Positions 38,701-46,253 are shown, counted from the stretch's first letter. The stretch: 64,000 nt of DNA from Saprospiraceae bacterium (GCA_016714985.1 JADKBS010000032.1:11036-75035); one strand, 5' to 3'. The notes: a model not told the origin generated them from the sequence alone. Numbers and translations: made by a program.

Positions 38701-38999
38701 GTCGGTCATTTAGAATATCTTCCTTTCGGTCTCCTCGCCGCGCCACCTACCACCGCCACACCCACAACTGGCAAGCCGCCGAAGAAGACCTCGAAGAAGT
38801 CCTGGACATCGCCGAGCCATCCGGCATGCGCCTCCACCTCACCGACTACCACCTCGAAATGGCAAGGCTGCGCCTCGCACAAGCCCGACCAGCGGATGCC
38901 CGCCCGCACGTAGCGGAGGCAGCACGGCTTATCAGGGAGACGGGGTACCACCGGCGGGACAAGGAATTGGAGGAACTTCAAAAGGCGCTGGGAGGTTGA
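35774..38999 (+). pseudogene. STAND NTPase: helical N-terminal module + TIR-like domain + NB-ARC-type ATPase + TPR-like repeats. It is read across three frames (breaks near 37583-37588 and 38736-38744).
   Basis: Frame 2 runs 35774 to ~37585, frame 1 from ~37586 to ~38740 and frame 3 from ~38741 to 38999. TIR-like segment: 'QVFIYANRSDQAWVERELLPRL...TIVVYSQNLSEDE...LLPFKLDDVQVPEKL'. Walker A: 'FTAQGGQGKSAL'. Walker B: 'RCLLILDGLEPLQ'. Also 'LCIITSRLP' and 'FGNHALAINLL' (GLPL-like). After the first break the sequence continues 'LQLLGLFDRPISKEVI' (the usual winged-helix continuation), followed by TPR-like helices and the terminal 'MRLHLTDYHLEMARLRL...ETGYHRRDKELEELQKALGG*'. Whether the breaks are real is unresolved. 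Confidence 0.8.
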
Positions 39000-39028
39000 T
39001 GAAAACGAAAAACTTCCCTACCCAAAAA

Positions 39029-39059
39029 TTGCCCAACTCCCCAAATACCCCTACTTTTA
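39029..39059 (+). promoter_or_regulatory. Candidate Bacteroidota-type promoter for the two-gene module
   Basis: TTG (39029-39031) and TACTTTTA (39052-39059) give a near match to the -33 TTG / -7 TAnnTTTG consensus with a 20-nt spacer. The motif ends 19 nt before the ATG at 39079. Confidence 0.3.
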
Positions 39060-39078
39060 CTGAAAAATAAGCAGCCGC

Positions 39079-39369
39079 ATGAGCATCCTGCAACTTCAAC
39101 ATACCTTGTACAACCTACTGCCACAACTGAACGAGGTGCAGCTTAGGAAGTTAATGGCGTTTGTGCAGTCCTTGCTACCTGCCCAAAAACAGCAGCCAGC
39201 CCCCAAGCCAGTTGTCAGGGGCAAGCGGGAGGTCAAGGTCATTGCTGATGACGCTTTCGATCTCGAAATGGATGAAATTTACTCGGCGGTGCCGTTTTCC
39301 AAAACCTACCAAGTGAGCGCCAAAGTGGTGGCGGTCGAAAAACTCAAACCCTCCGCAATTGCCGTATGA
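39079..39369 (+). CDS. DUF2281-like antitoxin-type small protein (96 aa)
   Basis: The N-terminal helix 'LLPQLNEVQLRKLMAFVQSLL', a P/Q/K linker and then 'GKREVKVIADDAFDLEMDEIY' mirror the DUF2281 pattern (xxLPxxxxxxVxDFIxFL ... GxxKGxIxxxDDFDxPLxDF). The stop overlaps the next start (ATGA). Confidence 0.6.
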   Translation: MSILQLQHTLYNLLPQLNEVQLRKLMAFVQSLLPAQKQQPAPKPVVRGKREVKVIADDAFDLEMDEIYSAVPFSKTYQVSAKVVAVEKLKPSAIAV

Positions 39370-39905
39370 GCTTTCCTTGGTACCAAGCCATCTCCCAGCC
39401 TGAACCGCTCCAACAAGGCGACATCATCAATGATTGTCAGGTCATACACCCACCTCGAAAATTGGAAGCGGGTCAATTGGAGAATATCACCGTCAAGGAA
39501 ATTGATGCCATTGTGCTGACGCAGTCCTGCGACCTGGGGCAGAACAAAGTGGAAATCGTGCTGGTTTGTCCGCTATATCCGTTGAAAGATTTTCTCGATG
39601 CCCTTCCTGCCGACCAATACGCTTCCATAAAGAGCAAGCGCAAAGTGGTCGAGAACCTCAAAAAAGGCTATATCAACGGCTACCATTTGCTGAACAAGCA
39701 AGCAGATATTGTCGGTGATTTCATGGTGGCGGATTTCAAAAACGTCTATGGCGTCCATTATGACTTTTTGGTTGAACTGACTACAAACACAACGAACAGG
39801 GTTCGCCTGTTGCCGCCGTACCGGGAACACCTTTCCCAAGCATTTGCAAGGTACTTCATGCGAGTTGGGCTTCCTATGGATGTTGATGTGGAAGGGTATA
39901 TTTGA
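39366..39905 (+). CDS. Unrecognised 179-aa protein, candidate toxin partner (possible CcdB/MazF-like motif order)
   Basis: It overlaps the upstream gene by 4 nt. 'QQGDIINDCQV...IDAIVLTQSCDLGQNKVEIVLVCPLYPL ... MVADFKNVYGVHYDFL...RVRLLPPYREHLSQAFARYF' follows the same order as the CcdB/MazF motifs (GDI..., hhhhxQSDxx...hhhxPL, late 'xxxDxxxhxxh' strand, C-terminal helix). This is an eye-level similarity only. Confidence 0.55.
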   Translation: MSFPWYQAISQPEPLQQGDIINDCQVIHPPRKLEAGQLENITVKEIDAIVLTQSCDLGQNKVEIVLVCPLYPLKDFLDALPADQYASIKSKRKVVENLKKGYINGYHLLNKQADIVGDFMVADFKNVYGVHYDFLVELTTNTTNRVRLLPPYREHLSQAFARYFMRVGLPMDVDVEGYI

Positions 39906-39936
39906 TGGGAATTAAGTGGACACTCCATCTTCTAGC

Positions 39937-40110
39937 ATGCGTCTCCACCTCACCGACTACCACCTCGAAATGGCAAGGCTGCGCAAGGACATGGGCCGAT
40001 TGGAAGAAGCCAAAGACAATATGGAAAAGGCTGCAAAGCTCATTGAAGAGACGGGCTACCACAGGCGGGACAAGGAATTAGAGGAACTGCAAAAGACCCT
40101 GAAAAATTGA
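39937..40110 (+). pseudogene. Orphan copy of the STAND/TPR C-terminus (57 codons)
   Basis: MRLHLTDYHLEMARLRKDMGRLEEAKDNMEKAAKLIEETGYHRRDKELEELQKTLKN. The 43-nt core ctccacctcaccgactaccacctcgaaatggcaaggctgcgc is identical to 38832-38874. There is no upstream coding continuation; gene 39366..39905 ends 31 nt before it. Confidence 0.8.
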
Positions 40111-40176
40111 AAATTTATCTTTCCTTCATTTCCTAACAAAAGTCAAAATCCAATCATTTTCCAAAATCCTCCAATC

Positions 40177-40272
40177 ATGGCCCGCAAACTCACCCTTTAC
40201 ATCGCCGCCAGCCTTGACGGCTACATCGCCAAGCCGGGCGACGACCTCTCCTTCCTCAATGCCATTGGATAA
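40177..40272 (+). pseudogene. 31-codon N-terminal stub of a RibD-C/dihydrofolate-reductase-family gene
   Basis: MARKLTLYIAASLDGYIAKPGDDLSFLNAIG* is the conserved N-terminus of that family (normally about 170-190 aa) and ends abruptly in a stop. Confidence 0.65.
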
Positions 40273-40318
40273 TGTTGCGGGGCAAAGTTTTTATTCCCTC
40301 CCAGCTAAACATGCCTGC

Positions 40319-43300
40319 TCATTCCACCACTAACCGTAAAAATGCCTTTACCTCGTCGCTTGTCAACTCAATCAGATAGACACCGCTCGGCAGTCCGTTG
40401 TCCTCAAAATGAATGGTTGAGGCACCTACCGGAAATGACCCGGCACGGCTTTCGACCACTTGCCCCAGCAAGTTCAATAGCCTGATTTTCAAGGTTTTAC
40501 TTTGCAATAGCTGCATTTCCAACCAAAATTCCCCGGCAGTCGGATTGGGCAATATTTGCATGGAAGTCACGCCCTCCAATTGCGAAGCGGCAACAAACGG
40601 CAAAACGCTGACCTGTACGGAATCCATCCCCGTGCAACCTTGCAAATCGGTAAAGCTGTAGAAAATCCAGTGCTGGCCTACTCCCGCTGAAGTCGGGTCG
40701 AATTGTCCGCCTGTCACACCAGGACCAGTGAAAATGCCACCGGTTGGCACTCCAATCATTGCCACTGGAGGGTCTTGGTTGGTATAGTTTGCCGCCAATC
40801 CCGAAAGCGTCACTTGGGGCAAGGGTACGGCTTGCAAAATGGTGGAAGTATAGGCGTAACAGCCGTTTTCGTCAAACACTAACAGGTTGTAAGGGCCCGA
40901 TTGGCTTGGATAAAAATTCGTAAAAACAATGGTCTGCTCGTACATAAAGCTACCGCCCGGTAATCCCCAAATAAAGCTGTTTCCGCCCGAACCAATCAAG
41001 GATACCGTACCACCTTCACAAACCAAACTGTCGGGTGAAACAGTGATGGCAGGGTCGGGCAGCGGCCATACTTCCACCGTGATTTCATTGGAGAAACTGC
41101 CGCAATTGTTCAAATCAGCAGCATAGATGGAGTAAATACCGGGATTGTAAACCACGATGTTTGAACTATTGGAAAAAGCAACGGGCATCCCATCCAAATA
41201 CCATTGATAAATGGCAAATGCGCTACCGTCCACGCCCAATATCACCTCACTGCCTTGACAAAATTGGGTAGGAGCGTTGGCGGAGATACTCACTTGTGAT
41301 GGCACACATGCCACTTGTACCAACTGCAAACTTGTATCAGCGCTACATTCATTCGTCGCAATCAATTGGACGAAATAGCTACCAGACGAAACAAACCCAG
41401 CGGTTGGGTTGGTTTCCGTGGAGGTAGCCCCGTTCCCAAAGTCCCAGAGAAAGCTCGTGGCGTTTTGCGAAGTATTGGCAAATGATACGGTCAGGTTGTT
41501 TGCCGAATAGTTGAACGAAGGAATGGGTGTCGGGCTGATGGACACGGTCACGGGGTCGGAGACAACACCGCAATTTGGCGTGTTGGTTGCGTGTACTACA
41601 TAGTCGCCCGATGTAGAAGCCGAATAAACGGATGAATCCGCACCTTGAATTACCTGGCCGTTGCGCCGCCATTGGTAATAGGCTATGCCTGAGCTTGCAT
41701 TCAACTGCACCGCTTGGCCCTCGCAGATCGAGATGGGGCCAAGAGGGGTTATTTCCACAGAAATGGGGGCACAGTCCACCATCACGGTTTGTGTCAGCGT
41801 TTGGTTGCCGCAAGCATTGCTGGCGTACAAGGTCACGTCATAAGTACCTGGTGCTGAAAAAATATGAAGGGCGTTAGCGGGGTCGCTAGTATCGGAGTTC
41901 CCTCCGCCACTATCCCCAAAGTCCCAATCCAAGAACGTGGCGTTCTGCGTTTGGCTAGTGAAATACACGATCAAGTCATTGACCGAAAAATCAAAAACCG
42001 GCACTGGCGAGGATTGCACCTGTATGAAATCCGCTTCCGTCTTCGTCGTGGTGCCCACGGCATTGCCCACCGTCAGCGTGACCGGGAAATTGCCGGGATT
42101 TTGATAAACCACCGTTGGGTTCGCCAAGGTCGAGGTGACGGGAGCTCCGCCTGGGAACGACCAGTTATAGCTCAGGCAAGGGGCGTTTTGCGTAGCAAAC
42201 TGCACCGTGAGCGGCCCGCATCCCGATTGAACATTGGCGGTGAAATCGGTGGTTGGTGCGCTTGCGTTTTCCGGCTGAAAACAAGTTTCCCCATTGCAAG
42301 CGGCATTGCCAGCCGTGCCGTTGACCATGAATTGGTGGAGCAGTTTATTGTAGCCCGTAGCCGCTTCCCAGACGCCTTCATTGGCGAGCCGAATGGCATA
42401 TTCGGGCCTTGCGGTCAGGGTAGGGTATGGGTCGGCGAGGTGCAACAGCAGTTCGTAGTTGCCATGCGGCAAATCGGGCGGTAGGCAAAAAGCGTGTTCG
42501 ATGGAATAGGTCGCCTCGCCCGCCAGCCACCTGCGGGGGTCATCGGGCAGTTGGACTTGCCAGATAGCGCCCGTGACTGCATTGCGGAGCAAAAGCCGCA
42601 GCAACCTTGCATTGAACGGCGCAGCGAAGCCCTTGTTTTTCAAGTCAATTTTAATGGAAATGGACTGGCCCGGCTGGGCCTCCGTTGGGTATTCGCCAGC
42701 TTGCAATTCGAGCCGATAGCCGAGCCGCTGTTTGATTTCGTCTATGCAGCCGCCGCCGACCCAGTCGTTGTTGAGGGCGTTGTTGTAGTCGGCGTTCAGG
42801 TACGACCAGTGCATTCTTTCCATCTCCGCTTGGGCACCGCCGCCGGGCTGGCCGTTGCAATTGGAATAAGGGTTGAAATCAGCGCAGGTCTCGCCGCCGA
42901 CTGGCACGAAGCGGGAATCCAGCGCCATATAAGGCTTCAAGTTCAAGGTGTCGAAACCGTTCGCCCCGGCATCGTAGTTTTCGTAAGTGCCAATATCGTT
43001 TTCGCTCGAAAGGAAACAATCGTTGTGGTGGCCGATACGGGCCTTCGCCGTGTTCTGGAAAGCCTCGGCTGGCGTCAGTGCAGCGGAAGTGACGGGGGCA
43101 TTTACCCCATAGACCGTCTTTTGCTTTTGCTGCGGATAGCGCACTTGCAGCGCTCGGTCGATGGGCAGGGCATCCAACAGGGCGGCGATGATTTCGTTGC
43201 GGTCTGCCCAATTTTGGGCGGTTAGGCCGAACGGTGCTTGCGAAGCGTCGCCAAAAAAATCGGTGTAGTAGCCCTCGCCCCAAATGCCGATAAAGCCGAG

Positions 43301-46009
43301 TTGCAAGGTGGCAATCACGTCGGCATTGGCTTGCAAGATGGGCTTTAGCTGCGTAATATGCTGCATTACGACGCTTTTCGGGGCATCGCCGTAGGGCGAG
43401 CAGTAGGTGTCGCCGCAGACCTCGCCGCTTACCGTATAGACAAATCGTGGAATCAGTTTCACCCCAGCTTGCCGGGCGGTTGCGAAGTCCTGCGCCACGG
43501 CGTTCAGATAGGTTTGGGAGATGGGGCCACCCTTGAAATCCTCCAGCACGAAGTACCGAAAGGCCAAGGTCGAGTAAATCGAATAATTGGCCCCAAACGG
43601 CTGTTGAAGGCTGCGCCAGCTTTGCAATTCGTTGGCATCCAATGGGTTATAGTTTGAGGAAGTGGTTTCGGTATAACGGTAAAAGCCCCGCTCTGGGTTC
43701 GGGAAGTCCTCGGTGGAGGCGGTATAATCCACTTGGCCGGGCACTATCGCCTTGCTTTTCCAGACGCCGCCGCCCATTGTCGTCACCCAGGTTTCATCCG
43801 GGTTGTTCGGTGGGAAAAACACCCGCTTTGGCCGCCAAAACGGGAAGGCATCCACCCGCTCGAAATTGGGCGAGGCACCGAGGTTTTCCGTAAAAAACAG
43901 GCCATCGTTTTCAGCAGTGAGGTAAGCCGTGCCCGGTTTGGTGGGGTGTATGGTGATGCTTTCCGCCGATTCATTGGCGAAGACCCTTGTCCAAGTTTGG
44001 CCCCGGTCGGTGGTGCGGTAGAGGCCGCCGTTGCCTTGGTTGTTTGGCCCGGCGAAGGTGGTGAACCGGCCCCAAACCGTGGCGTACCATGTGTTTTGAG
44101 CCGGGTCGTGCGGGTCAACAACGAGGTCTTTGGTGTAAAATTTCATGGCATTCGCTGTGCGGTCGAGCCAAGCATTGCCGCCCGGCGGCAGCAGGAAAAC
44201 CCCGCTGCTTTCGTTCAAGGTCACGCCATCAGGCTCGGCACGGGCGGAATAGGTGGTGACCAAGCTGCCATCTTCCAAACTGACGAGGTTGTAGGGGTGG
44301 CCCTGCGTGCGGGGCGGGTTCGGCAGCTTCGTCCAAGTGCCGCCGCCATTGGTGCTTTGGAAAACGCCGCCTTCGGTGGAATGTACCACGCTGGCGTAAA
44401 GCTTCGAGGGATTGACTTTGTCCACCTCCATCCACACGACCGGGTGGCCGAAATTGTAGGTGGTGTCCCAAGTAAGGCCATCGTCCATGGACTTGGCGAC
44501 CAAGCCGCCGACCCCATCCAGCACATCGTCGGTGATGCGGTAGCTGAGGTACATATCGTTGATTTCGGACACGGCGGCAAACAAATGCCCGGTCGTAGGT
44601 TGCCGCAGGATAAGGTACCAGTTGTTGTCCGACACGACGCCCCAAGGCTGGAAGAGGTTGTGCGCAAAAGTCCAAGTCTCGCCGCCATCGTTGGAATAGG
44701 TCTGCCCGATGTCGGTGTTGCTGACGAATATTTCCTGCTCGTTTTTCCAATAAATATGGTGCGCCGTGGTGACGTCGAGGCCGGAGGTCTTGTAAAATTG
44801 GTTGATGCTGGAAGGCTGCCCCACAGCGTTTTGCGAAGCAGGAAGCACATAGGTCGCCCGCCAAGTAGCCCCGCCGTCGGTGGTGATATGGCCAGTGCCG
44901 TCGGCGATGATGACCCGGTCGGGGTCGGTGGGCGCTACGTCCAAACCCAGTGCCGTATCGTTGAAGTACAGCCAAAATGCGCCCTCATGCCCCGTCCAGC
45001 CCGATTGGATGTTCTGGTTATTGTCGAGCAGATAAGTGTTTGTCCAATTGCTGCCGCCGTTGGTGCTTTTATAGACCAAAGGCTCGCCATTGGCGATGGC
45101 CGCTGCTGCCCAGACGGTTTGGGTATTGCCCTGCGCCAAGTCCACCCAAGCGATTTCGACATCGTTGGGGATGTTTCCTCGGGAATTTGTCCAAGCAGCG
45201 GAGGTCGAGTAGTTCATCCTGAAAATGCCCTGCAATTGGTCACGGACGCTCAGGGGTTCGCCCCAGGCAAACAGTTGGTCGGCGGCCACGGGGAGGCAGA
45301 ACAGCTGGAGGGTATTGCCCGATTTTGCACCAGCGAGGTGGTAGATGCCCGTGCCAGCGGGCAGTCCGCTGTGGTTTTCTATGTTGAAACTGGTCCCGTT
45401 GTCCTTGGAAACGAGCAGCCCTTCGTTGGTGCCCACGTAGATGTTTTGCCCATCCCAAAACACGCCGCCGAGCCACATATTGCCGCTGGGCGGCACATAA
45501 ACCTGTGTCCAATTGGCCCCGCCGTCATTGGAGAAAAACAGGCGGTCGTATTCGTTGAGTAGCAGCCGCTGCGTACTGTTGGGGTCCACTTCCAAGCGAT
45601 GGACGCCCGTAGCAGTAGGGTCGGGAAGCGGTTGCCAAGAAGTGCCGCCATCGGTGCTCTTGGCCAGTTCGCCCCGCCACCAAGGGTCGGTGAGGTTGGT
45701 GGTGGAGCGGCGGCAAACATAAAGGACACTGGGGTCGGAGGTGAACTGCACCTTGCCCTTTACTTGACTAACCATTTCTTGGTAATGCAGCATTTGCCAA
45801 GTCTGCGCCCCATCGGTGGAGCGATAGACGCCGCCCATGTCGCAGTTGAGATAGACTTCATTGGCATTGTGCGGGCTGATGCTCGGCACGTAGGTATAGC
45901 CGCCGCCGCCGGGGCCGTGGTTGGTGAAATGGGTGGGCATTTGTGCCGTTGCTGTTCGGTTGCAAATAAAATTTACGAGTAGGAGGGCAAAAATTATGCG
46001 GTATTTCAT
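40319..46009 (-). CDS. Giant (1896 aa) secreted protein: BNR/Asp-box beta-propellers + DUF4874/DUF4832-like glycoside-hydrolase-type module + PKD/Ig-like domains + T9SS C-terminal domain
   Basis: Signal peptide MKYRIIFALLLVNFICNRTATAQ. About ten SxDxGxTW Asp-boxes (STDGAQTWQ, STDGGTSWQ, SNDGGANWT, TTDGGATWR, SNDGGETWT, STNGGGTWT, TTDRGQTWT and others). 'DFPNPERGFYRY...' begins the DUF4874/4832-like part. PKD-type 'FLDWDFGDSGG' and 'FLWDFGNGATS' are present. The C-terminus is 'MQILPNPTAGEFWLEM...VYLIELTS'. Confidence 0.85.
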   Translation of the reverse strand: MKYRIIFALLLVNFICNRTATAQMPTHFTNHGPGGGGYTYVPSISPHNANEVYLNCDMGGVYRSTDGAQTWQMLHYQEMVSQVKGKVQFTSDPSVLYVCRRSTTNLTDPWWRGELAKSTDGGTSWQPLPDPTATGVHRLEVDPNSTQRLLLNEYDRLFFSNDGGANWTQVYVPPSGNMWLGGVFWDGQNIYVGTNEGLLVSKDNGTSFNIENHSGLPAGTGIYHLAGAKSGNTLQLFCLPVAADQLFAWGEPLSVRDQLQGIFRMNYSTSAAWTNSRGNIPNDVEIAWVDLAQGNTQTVWAAAAIANGEPLVYKSTNGGSNWTNTYLLDNNQNIQSGWTGHEGAFWLYFNDTALGLDVAPTDPDRVIIADGTGHITTDGGATWRATYVLPASQNAVGQPSSINQFYKTSGLDVTTAHHIYWKNEQEIFVSNTDIGQTYSNDGGETWTFAHNLFQPWGVVSDNNWYLILRQPTTGHLFAAVSEINDMYLSYRITDDVLDGVGGLVAKSMDDGLTWDTTYNFGHPVVWMEVDKVNPSKLYASVVHSTEGGVFQSTNGGGTWTKLPNPPRTQGHPYNLVSLEDGSLVTTYSARAEPDGVTLNESSGVFLLPPGGNAWLDRTANAMKFYTKDLVVDPHDPAQNTWYATVWGRFTTFAGPNNQGNGGLYRTTDRGQTWTRVFANESAESITIHPTKPGTAYLTAENDGLFFTENLGASPNFERVDAFPFWRPKRVFFPPNNPDETWVTTMGGGVWKSKAIVPGQVDYTASTEDFPNPERGFYRYTETTSSNYNPLDANELQSWRSLQQPFGANYSIYSTLAFRYFVLEDFKGGPISQTYLNAVAQDFATARQAGVKLIPRFVYTVSGEVCGDTYCSPYGDAPKSVVMQHITQLKPILQANADVIATLQLGFIGIWGEGYYTDFFGDASQAPFGLTAQNWADRNEIIAALLDALPIDRALQVRYPQQKQKTVYGVNAPVTSAALTPAEAFQNTAKARIGHHNDCFLSSENDIGTYENYDAGANGFDTLNLKPYMALDSRFVPVGGETCADFNPYSNCNGQPGGGAQAEMERMHWSYLNADYNNALNNDWVGGGCIDEIKQRLGYRLELQAGEYPTEAQPGQSISIKIDLKNKGFAAPFNARLLRLLLRNAVTGAIWQVQLPDDPRRWLAGEATYSIEHAFCLPPDLPHGNYELLLHLADPYPTLTARPEYAIRLANEGVWEAATGYNKLLHQFMVNGTAGNAACNGETCFQPENASAPTTDFTANVQSGCGPLTVQFATQNAPCLSYNWSFPGGAPVTSTLANPTVVYQNPGNFPVTLTVGNAVGTTTKTEADFIQVQSSPVPVFDFSVNDLIVYFTSQTQNATFLDWDFGDSGGGNSDTSDPANALHIFSAPGTYDVTLYASNACGNQTLTQTVMVDCAPISVEITPLGPISICEGQAVQLNASSGIAYYQWRRNGQVIQGADSSVYSASTSGDYVVHATNTPNCGVVSDPVTVSISPTPIPSFNYSANNLTVSFANTSQNATSFLWDFGNGATSTETNPTAGFVSSGSYFVQLIATNECSADTSLQLVQVACVPSQVSISANAPTQFCQGSEVILGVDGSAFAIYQWYLDGMPVAFSNSSNIVVYNPGIYSIYAADLNNCGSFSNEITVEVWPLPDPAITVSPDSLVCEGGTVSLIGSGGNSFIWGLPGGSFMYEQTIVFTNFYPSQSGPYNLLVFDENGCYAYTSTILQAVPLPQVTLSGLAANYTNQDPPVAMIGVPTGGIFTGPGVTGGQFDPTSAGVGQHWIFYSFTDLQGCTGMDSVQVSVLPFVAASQLEGVTSMQILPNPTAGEFWLEMQLLQSKTLKIRLLNLLGQVVESRAGSFPVGASTIHFEDNGLPSGVYLIELTSDEVKAFLRLVVE

Positions 46010-46119
46010 TTGAGTGTGGTGTGTCGGTCAAAAAGGACGAGGTAAAAAAGCCTGTAAATGTAGGGTTGCAGCGCCAATACTATTATAGTGGTTTGATTAA
46101 CTATTTGGGGCAGGAGCAG

Positions 46120-46208
46120 GGCTTGAGGTGACGACACCTCGAAAGGGCGAGCAAACATTATCGTATTTGCACAAGTTGAGCCGCCGTTTCGAGGCGTCGC
46201 CTCAAGCC
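46120..46208. repeat. Pair of inverted small palindromic units (REP-like)
   Basis: The unit GGCTTGAGGTGACGACACCTCGAAA (46120-46144) and its inverted, slightly diverged copy TTTCGAGGCGTCGCCTCAAGCC (46187-46208). Each unit is itself a hairpin (GAGGTG-ACGA-CACCTC and GAGGCG-T-CGCCTC). Confidence 0.8.
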
Positions 46209-46253
46209 TCGGAACTATAACCAGGCTTGCGGGAAGTGGATGTAACTCGAAAC

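Noticed and set aside
43733-45562. 609-aa plus-strand ORF, together with other long ORFs at 41864-43225, 44221-44975 and 45599-45982
   Set aside because: All lie inside the 1896-aa minus-strand gene, which has clear Asp-box, PKD and T9SS motifs. The alternatives show no motifs and have antisense-type composition.
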